This document shows positions 44,004 to 58,905 of a stretch of DNA of 64,000 bases, piece after piece. Source of the DNA: the human T2T-CHM13v2.0 reference genome, Homo sapiens. Positions within the stretch are counted from its first letter, which is position 1. Each line of letters begins with the position of its first letter. Both the position numbers and the translations under genes were made by a program. Under the pieces are notes generated by a model that worked only from the letters and a program-made list of their open reading frames with translations, had not been told where the DNA came from and made no database searches. Location: NCBI RefSeq assembly GCF_009914755.1, contig NC_060932.1; one strand, given 5' to 3'.

Positions 44004-44136
44004 AACTTTTAATTTTTGTTAACTCTTTGACTCTTTTTTAATAGCACTGAACTTAAAACGCAAACACATTATACAGCTATACAAAAAAAAATCTTTCCTT
44101 TGTATATCCTTATTCTATAAGCTTTTTTTCTATTTA

Positions 44137-44518
<382 letters not shown>

Positions 44519-47500
44519 AAAAACAAGGGCACAAACACACACATTAGCCTGGGCCTACACAGGGTCAGCATCATCAATGTCACTTTCTTCCACCTCCACA
44601 TCTTGTCCCACTGGAAGGTGGGTACATGGAGCTGCCATCTCCTATGATAACAATGCCTTCTTTTGGAATAAATCCCACCTTGGGGCTATTTTACAGTAAA
44701 TTTTTTTTAACTAGTAGAAGGAGTATGCTCTAGAATTATAATAAAAAGTATAGTATGGTAGATACATAACCCAGTAATATTTATTCTTATTATCTAATAT
44801 GTACTATACATGACTGTATGTGCTAAACTTTTATACAATTGGCAATACAGTAGGTTTGTTCACACCAGCATCACCACAAACACGTGAGTACTGTGTTGTG
44901 GCACAATGTCAGGACAGCTATGATGTCACTAGGCAATAGGAATTTTTCATCTTCATTATAATCTTATGAGACCACTGTTGTATATGTGGTCCCTCATTGA
45001 CCAAAGCATCTGTATTTGGTAGGGTGAGATCATGATTCTAAAATGAATCTGATACTTGGGAAACTCATTATCTTGTATGACTTTTCATCTGTTTTAGCTG
45101 CTCTCTAAGTCTAAGAAGGGATTTATTTTCATTCAGCATTGAGCAAATCATTTCTGCAGTTTGACTCTACAGCTGGCATTGTGTTAGACACCATTTATCA
45201 ACCTCTGAGATTATTTGGAAGTTAGAAAGAAAGTGTTCCAACAGTTCCAACAAGCACAGTTACTTAGAACAGTGTTGGAGGGGTAATGGGAGGAAAATGC
45301 AGCCTGATTTGTCCTAAAGACACATTATCATAGAGATACATTGTAAGCAATTTTGTTGTTGTTGTTGTTTGTAAAAGGACTTATTGCATGAAGGCAAAGA
45401 AGAGGAAGAGAAAAGCATTTTGGGCAAAATCCCTTGATGCATAACTATATTGCATAACTTACTGGTTCACATGTACAGGCACCTGTCTCTCATCAGATTG
45501 GGCGATCCTTAAGTGGTACGACTTGTTCTTTGCTATTTTTATACCCAGTAATTTAACATGACATGTAAAATGTTGCTGATGTTCCTAATGTCTATCAAAT
45601 GTTGAAACATTAATATTTCCTGAAGAAATTAGAATTTCTATTCATACCTTAACCTTGGTAGTTGTCCATAATTCCTGGATCTGTATCCAAAGCTATATTT
45701 TGTGGCACAGCACTATAATTTTTTAAAACACACATCTAAATGGCACAGTTTACTACATAGAATGTGAATGCACCATCTCAGGCTACAGTGACTCTTTTCC
45801 TTATTCTACCACCATTAACCTCCTAATATTACTAACACTGTCACATCCTTGATACTTTCAGTAATTAACAAAGTTTCAGAGAAATTGCTTAACCTGGTTA
45901 GATAGCCAGGAAAATGCTTACAATTTTTTTTAAAACAGTAATTAAAATATTGATTTCTTATTCAAAGTAAGGATGTATGCAAAGATACATGAAGCGTGTC
46001 CTAGGGCCTTAACTCTCTGTATTTTGAAAAGCTGTCCTTTCAGATTTTACAGTTGTGATAACTCTAAATATATCTAGCTCTGTTTAGCAAAGAGAGGTTC
46101 AGACTGAGTCAGGAAAATAAAGCATTAACAGAAAGCTATGTGCATTGGAATCATCATAAGAAATGGTGAGTGGCCTTAACAAAAGCCAGTGGAAGTTTAA
46201 AATAAAAACACAACTTTTAAAGGGTTTTTAAAAGGTGTTTTCTTCTTTCTCAAATGGAATGACCCACAGATCCCAGTGCTACAAAGGGAGAAGGAGAGCT
46301 CAAATAAAAGCCAGCTAGCAGATTTTGGAGGGCTCATGTTTCAAGTTTGGGATTATCTGCTTGAAAGAGTTAAGATTAAAAAAAAAAAAGACATGAACTC
46401 CATCAACACTCAGTTTGTCCCTCATGTTGTATTATGTTGCAGTGGTACTTAGATAAATAAAGCAAAGTTTCTGTCCTCAAAATTTTCATAGATTAGTGAG
46501 GAAAGAGATATATAATCGAAAAGTGACATTTCTATTGAGTGACATAACAGAAGCATGTGCAAATTTCTAGGGAGAATAAAGAAAGGAGCAAATAACATTG
46601 AAACAAAATCAGGCAAAAGAAAAGGAATTACTGAACACAATTTAGCTTCAGAAAATCACTAGGAGCTTTTGCACAATATTCAGTATGACTGGATAAGACA
46701 AAAGCATGTCTGAAAAAGAAATATCTGTACTTTATTTAAATTTCAAAATAAAAAATGCTATGTTATATAACTATAGAGTCTGCATATCCTTAACTACATT
46801 AGTTTGCTGTCAATAGTTTCTCAGTAAGGAGATATCTTTATGCCCTAAATTTGCTAACATGATAAAAATGCCATATACCTCTTTATTTCTGAAATTTTTA
46901 ACATTTACAATTGAACAAAACCTCCAGTTTTTGTAAATCTTGCAAAACGGCATTTGCAAACAACATATTTCTCCAAAAAGAGTGACCATATTATTTTAAA
47001 AGAACAAAAATGAAACAAAATATAGTTGATCATTGTAACTTCAGCTTATTGAAACAGATAAGATGGGAGAGAAACTCTGAGAGGAATTTTCTAGTCAGGC
47101 CAACTTGGATACTTAGTCATATCATTGGCAAATAATTTTGAGTTGTTCATATTTATTTCTCTATTCAAGCCTGAAATGGGTGGCCTTATATAATGAAGAA
47201 CTGGATATTGCACCCTTTTTGCATAAACTTCTTTGCTCCTGGTCCTATGTGGGTAGGACACAGAAGGCTCACCCTGGACTAGGTTGCTGCTTTTTGGAAG
47301 ATTTCTACCCAAGCACAGCACAGACCCGGGGTGGCAGCAACTTTCAACCACCTCACTTGTCCTTCCTCCTGGTTTGTGATCTGCAGGCACCAGGGCAAAG
47401 GCAGAGAGCAAAAGAGAGCCAATGTCAGGTGACGGGAAAGATAACAGAGAGGTTTGTCAATTTCCCAGATGTCAATTTCGTGGATGCTATAAAATATAAG

Positions 47501-48875
47501 CCAAATATTTGGATTTAATGGAATCTATAGGGTTGGATTGTTCTTCTGAAGTGAGAGAGAGAGTTAAATTTTAGTAGGAACATCAAAAGACAAAAGTGCC
47601 AAGGAACAAATGAGGGTATCCTCCCTCTGCCCACTACTGGAGGAGGAAGCCGACTCTGCTGTGCATATACTCTTGGAGCTGGGTTGAGAATAGGGTGCCT
47701 GCCATTTCCAGGCATCAGAATTATTCCCATAAAAATATCTGAAGTGTCTTCTTTCTTCCATTTGGCCCCGTAGGAGCAGGTAGAAACAATTGCAGTGAAC
47801 TGCTCTTTTTTTCCTCCTTAAGTTCTTTTTGAGTTTTCAGACACCTTTTTCTCTGCTTTATATCATGTCTAACCCCTTTCTACTTCGTTCTTTTTTGCCC
47901 AGATTGGCATCATTGCTCCTGTCTTTTTGGGTTTGTCTCTAGCACTGTAGTCGTGATGTTTTCAGAATTGGATCGTTGTTCTCCTGAAGGATGGGCTTTT
48001 GTCAGTGTAGGCCTTTCTTAGATCACACTTGGTTAACTTATTCTCACTACATGTTAGGAAGCAAATCAATCCCTCCCGAAGATAAAGCTGCTTGTCCAAT
48101 GGTTACAGGTTAGGGTAAAGCTAAAATGAGTCAGTGCTCTTATTCCCCAGCTGTCTCTGAGGATATGCAAAGCAGGCCTTTTTTCACCCCTGTTTCCAAG
48201 GAAGAGAGGGAAGGAAAAAGCAAAGAGCAGTGCTGGAAGAGAAGAGAGAAAGGGAATGAGCATTTAAAAGACAACGTAGGAATGCAGTGTGCCCTTTAGA
48301 AGCTAAAATAATGGTGACAGCAGAATGAGTCCATCTTTTGTGTCGCGATGCTGAGAGTTTTCTAACCTCAGTGAAAAGTAGTGATGGAGTGTGCAAAATT
48401 CATCATAACGTTGCTTAAGGTATTACATTATATGATCTGGCAGTGTGTCTAGATTTATCCTTTTATTTCACCTCTAAATAGAATGTTTGAAATGAGATTT
48501 AGAGAGTTTGCCTAATTCTAGTCTAGTCTAATTCTAGACTTCCTAGAAATTTTTCTAAATGGAACATAGCTATGTAGCTACAGGGTTTATTTTAATAGAG
48601 ATGTAGATGTATCCAAAATGGGTAATCATTTAAGAAACAGGAATCGCTTGAAGGAAGATACAAATTATACAAAAATAGGTAAGAATGAAGTTGGCTAAAC
48701 AAGAGTTTTACTCAAGATGCTGTTATTAAACATCACAGCATTGTTTTTGTAAAGGCTGGCTTTTGATTATATTTTTATTTCCTATGTTAAGCATTTCAGA
48801 TATTTACAATTATACATCCATGGTTAATTAGTTGTAAAGTTGTGTTTTTAATTTTGGATATAATTATATCAAACA

Positions 48876-49148
48876 CTTTTTAAAAACTTCTATTTTAGGT
48901 TTGGGGGTACATGTGAAGGTTTGTTACATAGGTTAAGTCATGTCACAGGGCCTTGTTGTACAGATTATTTCATCACCCAGGTATTAAGCCCAGTACCCAG
49001 TAGTTGTCTTTTCTGCTCCTCTCCCATCTCCCAGCCTCCACCCTCAAGTAGACCCCAGTGTCTGTTGTTCCGTTCTTTGTGTTCATAGGTTCTCATCATT
49101 TAGCTCCCACTTATAAGAGAGAACATGTGGTATTTGGTTTTCTGTTGT
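48876..49148 (-). mobile_element. L1PA (older subfamily) 3' end
   Basis: GGGGTACATGTGAAGGTTTGTTACATAGGT...TTATTTCATCACCCAGGTATTAAGCC...TTAGCTCCCACTTATAAG. Confidence 0.88.
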
Positions 49149-49540
49149 TCAGTGTAGCCACCTTCTTCAATGATCTTAGCTAGATCTTCTGGATAACTTG
49201 CTGCAGCTTCTACATGAGCACTTGCTGCTTCACCTTGCACCTTTCTATTATGGAGATGGCTTCTTTCCTTAAACCTCATGAACCAACCCCCGCTAGCTTT
49301 CAGCTTTTCTTTAGCTGCTTCCTCATAGAATTGAAGAGAGTTAGGCCTTTATAGAATTGAAGAGAACCAGGTCCTTGCTCTGAACCAGGCATTGGCTTCA
49401 GGGAATGTTGTGACTGCTTTGATCTTCTTTCCAGGCCATTCAAATTTTCTTCATATCAGCAATAAGGCGTTGTGCTTTCTTATCATTCATGTGTTCACTG
49501 GAGTAGGACTTTAAATTTCCTTCAAGAATTTTTTCTTTGC

Positions 49541-50536
<996 letters not shown>

Positions 50537-51525
50537 ATTCGCAACTTGGCTAACTGGTGAAGAGGCCTAGTTTTCAGCCTGTCTTGGCTTTCTACATGCC
50601 TTCCTCACTAAGCTAAATCATTTCTAGCTTTTGAAAGTGAGAGACATGCAACCCTTCCTTTCACTTGAATACTTAGAGGCCATTGGGGGATTATTAATTG
50701 GCCTAATTTCAGTATTGCTGTGTCTCAGGGAATAGGGAGGACTGAGAAGAAGCAGAGAGATAGGGGGATGGCTAGTTTGGGGGAGCAGTTGGAACACATA
50801 AACATTTATTGGTTAAGTTCACCATCTTATATGGACAGAGTTCATGGTGCCCCAAAGCAATTACAATAGGAACACCACACATCACTGATCACACATCACT
50901 GATCGCAGATCAGCAATAAGGCTGTGGTGCTTTCTTATCATTCATGTGTTCACTAGAGTAGGACTTAAAATTTCCTTCAGGAACTTTTTCTTTATATTCA
51001 CAACTTGGCTAACTGGTGAAGAGGCCTAATTTTCTGCCTGTCTTGGCTTTCCCTGTGTCTCTCTCACTAAGCTTAATCATTTCCAGCTTTTGCAAGTGAG
51101 AGACTTGCAACTCATCCTTTCACTTGAACACTTCAGTATTTTTGAACGCTGAAAAAGTTTGAAATGTTGTGAGAATTACCAAAATGTGACACAGACACGA
51201 AGTGAGCCCATGCTGTTGGAAAAATGCTGCTGATAGACTTGCTGGATGCAGGGCTGCCACAAAGCTTCAATTAGAAAAAAAAAAAATCTGTGAAGTGCAA
51301 TAAAATAAAGCACAATAAAGTAAGCTATACTTATAGATGACTAATATATGGTAACTGACATTATAACTAGATCAGTAGATTTTATGAAGGCCCATAAGTT
51401 TTCATAACCCTTTGTTGAAACATATTTATATAAGAAATTCTAATGATATAAGGCTTCTTAAAATAGAAATCGATAAATTTTAAAACTGAGCCACTAAAAA
51501 GGATCCTGTCTTTAAGTTCTAGAAT

Positions 51526-51748
51526 AGGATAAGCAAAATTGTTTCTGGCAAGAGCCAGATAATAAATATTTTAGACTTTGTGGGCCATACCGTCTCTCTT
51601 GCGCTGCACAACTCTGCCATCGTAAACTTGAAATTAGTCACAGATAATAAGGAAACAAGTAAGCATGGCTTTGTTCCAATAAAACTTTATTTCAAAAACA
51701 GACATTGGATCAAACTTAGAAATTTGGCTTTTGTTTGTCAACTCCCGT
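51526..51748 (+). mobile_element. MER58A-like hAT element
   Basis: GCCAGATAATAAATATTTTAGACTTTGTGGGCCATAC...GCATGGCTTTGTTCCAATAAAACTTTATT. Confidence 0.85.
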
Positions 51749-51944
51749 TGTAGACTGTCTGTTTTCTCTTCTTTTCACCCATGTGTCTTTCCAAATAAAT
51801 AACCTCCTGATTTATTGACTCTTATAGAGGTAAGGTGTGGGTTTCTATGATAAAATCTTGAATCTTCACACACTTTCCCTTACTAAGAAAAGAAACCTTA
51901 AAATTGAGCCAGCATCTCTAAAAATTTGCTTAAAGAAACAAAAT

Positions 51945-52415
51945 ATTGTGTGATACAGAATAAAGGATTTATTATGGGAATTCACCACGCACGTGGTGGG
52001 AGCTAATTAAATAGTTTGAGTGAGGCTGTCGCCTCTACATCTGGTGTTAGGCTCAAGTCCACAGAGCAGGAAATGAAGAAGCAAAGGGGACCAAGAAGTA
52101 GGAGACAGCAAACACAAACAGGAACCCACAGAGACCAAGGGAACACTTGTCGGCCCCTCCCCACCTCCAGGCCTCCACCTTCATTGATGCCCGGGACTCC
52201 CAGTAGCTGGGACACTGCCCCATGGCAGACATCTGCAGGAGCTGCGTGGATCCCAGACAACCAAAACCATACCTGTGACTGCCTGACCTCCCAGCCTAAA
52301 CATGACTACTGCTTCATATCCTCTTCCCAAATCACCTGCAAAATTCCCTTGTCATCCTTAACCCTGAGTGCTACAGGAAAAGGAATTCAGGGAAATAGTT
52401 TAGCTAAGTTGTCAG
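51945..52415. mobile_element. Probable ancient ERVL/MaLR-type LTR
   Basis: GGATTTATTATGGGAATT near one end and AAGGAATTCAGGGAAATAG near the other; family not resolved. Confidence 0.4.
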
Positions 52416-53384
52416 AGTACTACAAACTCTGTGCTGAATTAGAGTATCATCTGTCAAGGAATTCACAGGACAATGTCACTGTCATTAAAGTTTAAACATA
52501 CTACGTTTACCTCAGCTTCTAAAATTGCCTTGAGGACAAATACTATGGACTAATATTTTAGAAGCCACCTCTGTAGAGTGCCTACATTCTTCCCATACTC
52601 ACAACCTATCTGAAGAATTGAATGAACTGCTAGAAAAGAAAAAGTGAAGTGATCGATGAAGTCCCAGCACCAAAGTCTCTCTTCAGGCTGCTCTTTGATT
52701 TCAGCCTTCCCCAGACTGAGTCTCTTCTCATTGCACACTCCCTCTCTTTTTCATGCTCTTATATTCCCTAGTAGCCTCAAAATAATTTGCTGGAAGCCCA
52801 TACTTTTCTATACTGAAGACAGTTTTCTCTCTTCAGAGTATCAAAACCATTCCTACAGGGCACACCTGAACATGACCTGAACATTGAGTTACCAGCCAGT
52901 GCATATAGATCTGAAGCCGAATCTGGATTAAGAAAATTTAAGTTTGGGGATAATCTTCGTTGTTTATCTTTGTTTCCATATATATTTGCAATTACTCTTT
53001 CCTACTCATCCTGAGAAAGCTTCCTCACTTGTTCTCATGAATCTAGCTAATGTGCAAACACAGTCAACCATGGGAACAATCACAGGAAACTCGTGTTCAA
53101 CCTAGATAGAGTAATGCAGTGATTGTGATTGTCAGTATTCAACAACATAGACTTGGTGCTCTCCTGTGGTTAGAAAGGCACTCCTTATGCTAATAAAACA
53201 TTGTAAACCAATCTCATTGTGAGTATGATGTATCCAATATCATAATAGTTGCAGTTCCCCTATCTAATTTCTACAAACTTGAAATGTACTTGGCCTAGTA
53301 TCGTTGGCACAAATTTCAAAACTAGTACATTGGTTCCGATATTTCCCCTGCTAAGTAAAAGCCCTGTGAAATAAGTCATTAACC

Positions 53385-53548
53385 TCCTGCTACTCAAAGG
53401 GTGTTCCAGAACCAGCAGCACAGCCATCATCTGGGAGCTTGCAAGCAATGTGGAATCTCAGTGCCAACCCCAGAGCTGCTGAATTGTAATCTAAATTTTA
53501 ACAAGATCCCATTGTCATAAGTGTGCACATTAAGGTACGAGAAGCACC
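53385..53548. mobile_element. MER5 (hAT-Charlie)
   Basis: CTACTCAAAG...ACCAGCAGCA...CATCTGGGAGCTTG...TTTTAACAAGATCCC...GAGAAGCAC. Confidence 0.8.
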
Positions 53549-54586
53549 AACTTAATTCCTAGAGTCTTCTAATTAAATTGGAAATCATAGTGTAATACTT
53601 ATACAAATGGTCTAAAGTACAAATAAGATGGTGCATGTTAAGGGTCTGGTACAGACACTTGGAGTAAGAGGAGTGTCCTCTATTAAAGAAAATGGAATAG
53701 GCACTTTTGTTCCTCTCTTATCATGAAGCTGATGGAAGGAGCTTTGACCATTGAAAGAAATCACTGGGAAATGGCACTATTCCTCCGTGGAGGAGAGTAG
53801 GACCCTGGAGGAAGGAGCTTGTCTATTCTTGGAAATAAAACATCTAGAACACGCATACAGCCAACCTCAGCAATCTCAAGAAAGCCATGCCAGTGAGCCT
53901 TTCCCTCCATGGAAAGGGAATGCTCTTTGCCTGTAGCTACTCCTAGGCCATTTAGTTACAGTGTCAAATTCATTTGCTGGCCTGTCTCCTTCCTGCATAA
54001 TAAGGCACTTTTTAAAATCTCTGCTTAATTTGTTCATAAGTAAATCCCCAGAAGGAAATTACCCATTGAGAACTTTGTAGTCAAGGCAGATTCCATTTCA
54101 GTCTTCTTGCTCCAAAGTTGAAGATGACTTGGAGCAAGACAACTTCAGAGAGGATACAAGGTCAAGTCTAGCAGGAACTATCATTCCTTTCATCCAAAAA
54201 TAGGTATTGAGAACCCACAGTCTGTAAGATACTTTTAAAGTTGTTCTTAAGCCTGCTGTGCTTATTGTGTTGTTGGTGGTTGAGTTCACTGTAGGTGGGT
54301 GCCTGTGAATAAGTATAAAAAAGAGGAGGAAAAATTCTTTTGGTGTGCAAGCTTATATATTATGGCTTATAAACAAGTGGCACTTACAGAAAAGTAGGAA
54401 GAAGCATAGAGAAATTGCAAATGGCCTTCTTTTTATATTTTAATGCCAAAGATAAATAGGAGTTTAGTTACATTGCTTTCATTGATTTCAGAATATGAAC
54501 ACGGTGACTGAGCCTTCTATTTGCTATGAAAACCAAATGTGAATTTTTGAAGACTAACAATAATGACACACGTAAAATAATATATA

Positions 54587-54942
54587 TAGTTATGTGTTGC
54601 TTAACAATGGAGATGCATTCTGAGAAATGTGTCATTAGGTGATCTGATCATTATGCAAATATCATAGAGTGTACTTACACGAACCTACATGTTACAGTCT
54701 ACTACTGTGTATGTAGGCTATAAGGTGTAGCTTATTGCCTCTAGGCTACAGACTTGCATAGCACGTTACCATGCTGAATACCATAGACAATTGTAATATA
54801 ATGGCAAGTATAATATTTGTGTATCTAAACACACCTAAACATAGAAAAGCTGCAGTAAAAATATATTATTATAATCTTATGGGACCACTGTATATATGGT
54901 CTATTGCTGACTGAAACGTTATGTGGATGTGGTGCATGACTG
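54587..54942 (+). mobile_element. Tigger3a (MER7A)
   Basis: GCTTAACAATGGAGATGCATTCTGAGAAATG...ATCATAGAGTGTACTTACAC...GCATGACTG|TA, about 350 bp. Confidence 0.88.
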
Positions 54943-54946
54943 TATA

Positions 54947-54948
<2 letters not shown>

Positions 54949-54978
<30 letters not shown>
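54949..54978 (+). repeat. (CA)15 microsatellite
   Basis: Uninterrupted CA run of 30 nt. Confidence 0.95.
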
Positions 54979-54984
<6 letters not shown>

Positions 54985-55879
54985 CAAGCAAAAAATTTGT
55001 CAAACTACGTTTTTCAATAATTGGTCTTCTTAAATGAAATTACTTGTCATTTTAATGTTTTCTATTGAAGACATTATTAACACTACATACTACCTATGCA
55101 TATTACACACTCCATATGACATTCACACTCCATGAATACATAAGCATTTTTGGAACTGTGTTGCAGTTTTATTGTAATTATTATTTCCAGAATATATATA
55201 TTTTAATATAATTTATGATATAATTATCAGAATATATATATAATACTCAAGTATTTATAATCTTGATACTGATGATCCAGAAATAAAATTCCATATCATT
55301 TTGATCAGTGTGTATGGTATTTTTGTTTCTTATAAAGTTTCAGAAGTATTGCACTGCTTGAAGCTATACCTAGGGGGACTCTTAAATGTATTTTACTCCT
55401 ATTTGCCGAGATTTGGTTGCTGTGCTTTAGTGTCCCATAAACAGTATGTTTGGGTTTTATGCCTGGTGTTTAGTTCTTGAAAGTGCTAAGTTTAGCAGGA
55501 TTGGAGTGTGATGGTCATTGCTTTGAATCTGACAGACAGATTTTATGTGTTTCAAATCATTATGGATAATGATAAGGCATGGCTTATTTTTGTGTTAGAG
55601 CTGGAATTTGTCTTTCTATTATTTCAGTGTCCTGAGGCATCCCTCAATAATTGTGAGCTCTCTTTCACACTCAGCTCTTCAAATACTTGAGTAGAGTTAT
55701 CATGGCTCTCCCATCTTCATTCCTCCTGCTAAACATCCTCATTTTCTTCAACTACTCCACAGTGCCCTGGTTTTTCAGGCTCTGTCTATCCCTGGCCTCT
55801 CTTCATGACCGACTCTAGTTAAACATTGTAGTCTATTGAACATTGATTTTGGGTCTTTACCCTCTGCTGTATCCATACC

Positions 55880-56291
55880 CTTAGCTGTGTTATTGTATAG
55901 TGCCTCCTACTGAACAGAGTATACTGCTCCCCCAACACTTGAATTTCAGTTGTGCCTTGTCACTTGCTTCACTTGATGAAATGTGGGTGGAAATGACAGG
56001 GTGCCAGTTCTGAGATGAGGCCTTTGAAGTCACCATGTTTCTACTTCTCTTGTGCATCTCTGTCATTCCCATAAGCAGAATGTGCACCAGCTAGACTGCT
56101 GGTCCAAGGAGGAATGAGAAATATACGGAACCAACCCAGATCCAGTCTGCAGCTTAGAGCCAGGCTCCCAGCTATGCCCAACTGAGATCAGCAGAGTTGT
56201 CCCAATGGATCTGCAGATGCATGAGAGAGATTTATTCGTTGTACTAATAAGATTTTGCGGTTGTTTGTTATGATAATAGATGACTGGTACA
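55880..56291 (+). mobile_element. MLT1H/I-like MaLR LTR
   Basis: GAAATGTGGGTGGAAATGACAGGGTGCCAGTTCTGAG...GATTTTGCGGTTGTTTGTTATG...TGACTGGTACA. Confidence 0.7.
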
Positions 56292-57611
56292 GGCCTACTC
56301 TAGTTAAAAGTGGCGTCCAGGAAAAAACGTGATGGCCTGAGCAATATAATGCATCTACTTCTATTCTTTGAACACATAGGGCTGGTATTGCATAACCACA
56401 TTTTTACAATATCTAAGGGCATGCTTCCACATAGAATACAACAATGTGAATTCCCCTGGAATTGTTCAATGCAGCAGGATTGTGGAGTTCATATCTTGGA
56501 TGTTGTTTAGTGTTGCATTTAGCTTTTTCTTTGTTCAAGTTTAGTCATTTGGCATTTGTATTAGACTATCAAAAGTACATCTCATGAAATGTTAGTCCTA
56601 TGTGATGTTCCTTAAAAAATATCTATGGTGAAATAAATTTGTGAAAGTATTTATGCATATTCTTATCTTGCACATTTTCAATGAGCATTAGATGATCAAA
56701 AGTTTTGCGAAGTTCTACAGTTAAGAAACTGATTTAAACTTTACCCATTTCCCAAATTTATTTGACTACCAAATTATTTTTCAAGTAATACTAGTGACAC
56801 ACCATAAAACTATCATATGTTATGAATTGTTAACTTAGTCTATCAGATCTTTTTGATTTTGACTCAATTTTTTAATAATATTAGCTGCTATTTCAACATC
56901 TGTATACATATGTAAGTATTAATATTTGATAGGTGAAATAATTATCTTAATTCAAATACTGAGAAAAAATGACAAAAATATTAACTTTTGTGAGTATTAT
57001 GATACTACAAGAGATTTTACCTTAGCTTATTGTCTATCTCATGACTATGTGATATGCTCTGAACCTCATTGTTCAATCAGAAATTATTCACCTACCTGAC
57101 ATATTATCTATTCTACCTTATTTCACTTTGCTCACAAAATTAGCATAAGATTAGTATCTTGAAACCAGTATATGTTCCCATTTTTAAAAATTTAGCATAT
57201 AGAAAAGGTCATCTCTGCTGTACTTCATTGTGCTTTAAAATTTTTGGAACTGCAGAATAGACAATACTTCTTATAGATTATATAGAATTAGTTAAGCATT
57301 ATCTTACCCATAATGGAAACCAGCATAATAGGACACTAGTTGCTGTTTTTGTCTCACATGTAGTAGTAACTTAATGCATGTATTTGTCTTCCATTTCATA
57401 GAAACTTGAAACACATGCATAAGAGGTTACTATTCTACTTATGGAAGATCTTATTTGAAGTTCTACTAGATTTTATAGCTTTATTTGTCAAAAATCTAAT
57501 AGCAGTGTAGTTTCTTCAAAAGTAGAAAATAATCCAAATTAGTCCACATTGGAAGATTTTCTGTGCTTGCTAGGGCTTTCTCAGTAAACATGTCTTCTTT
57601 AAAAAAAAGCA

Positions 57612-57657
57612 AATAGGGAGTGTCTATAAAATCATTCATTTATAGACACTCCCTATT
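57612..57657. repeat. Perfect 19-bp inverted repeat with 8-nt spacer
   Basis: AATAGGGAGTGTCTATAAA-ATCATTCA-TTTATAGACACTCCCTATT. Confidence 0.97.
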
Positions 57658-58854
57658 CCTTTCTTTCATATGTATAGAAATAAATTCCTTTTTGTATATG
57701 TACAGAAATTTTAATAAATATTAATGCCATGGCTAGAAACTATTTTAAAGTAAAATAATAAGTTTATATAAAATATAATCTCAAAAATGACATATCTATA
57801 TTAATTATCCTATGTCTGCAGAGGAAGAAATACAAACCATTAAAAGTTGGAAATGTCATTAGGAGAAAAGCACAAGGATGTCATAAGTTTATAATTTTTG
57901 CTTATACATATACCTTGTACTTAGCTAACGTGATGCATTCATATTCTGGGTGAATTATATTAAAACGCCAATAAAATTGTTGTATACCTAAGTCAGTGTA
58001 AAAATAATTATCTAAAGCTAAAAGTAATTTATACCAGCTATTTCCTAATCATTCTTTTTGTCAGGCTGTTATTCTTCAGTTTATATTGCAACATTTAGCT
58101 CTATAAACCGTCTAGTTTTCTAATCCTTCATACTGTCACTTCCTGACGTATTTGTGTTACATTACTGCCTACTCGTGTTTTCAAACCCGTATGTGCTACA
58201 GATTGCAGTGGTACATTGGGTAAGAAGTTGAGTTTGCCATTAGAGATGGATACTTGATTTTCATCTTCTAAAATAATTGAAGTAAAAATAAATATATTTT
58301 GTCAGTATAAGGGTGTATAATCTCTACAGCTCATACACAATGATAACTCATCCTAAACCTGTTTGGAGGCTGATATCCGCAGCCCTTACTATGGACCCTG
58401 CTTTTAATGGAGTCCTGTGTTGAGAGTGAACAGGGCCAGTATTCTGTTTGATCTAAGGGGCTTACCTGCATTGAAGAGCTGTGGTTCCTGGTCTTCAGTA
58501 GCATATCATTTTTGTTGAGATTTAATCAAGTATTATCATTGGCTCCTAGTGACAAAGTAAATTATTTACCTGTTTAAACTTTGATTGATTTCCTAATTTG
58601 GACAAGTTGAATCATAATATATGCTTACTTTTTGGTATGATGAGCTGACATAATGCTAGTAGATGGTTGGTTTTTTTTTTTTTTTTTTTTGCCTTTGCTA
58701 CTTACCTTTTTTAATACAATTGTGTTATTTGGACGTCAGAAATGGCTGCCAATCACAAAGTTTTCTAGGACCTGTACAATAGTCTTGCTTTTATTCCTAT
58801 CCCAACATTCAAGATGCTAGATCATTTACTTACCACCAATTAAATATTCTTTTT

Positions 58855-58905
58855 ACACACACACACACACACATACACACCCACACAAACACATCATCAT
58901 CATCA
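58855..58905 (+). repeat. Compound (CA)n/(CAT)n microsatellite
   Basis: Interrupted AC run followed by CATCATCATCATCAT. Confidence 0.85.

Noticed and set aside
47050-47760. Overlapping 65-126 aa ORFs in non-repeat-looking sequence
   Set aside because: No recognisable protein similarity or exon structure; may be regulatory, but I cannot support that from the sequence.
52016-52495. 159-aa ORF
   Set aside because: Non-ATG start, lies in a probable old LTR, low-complexity peptide without known homology.
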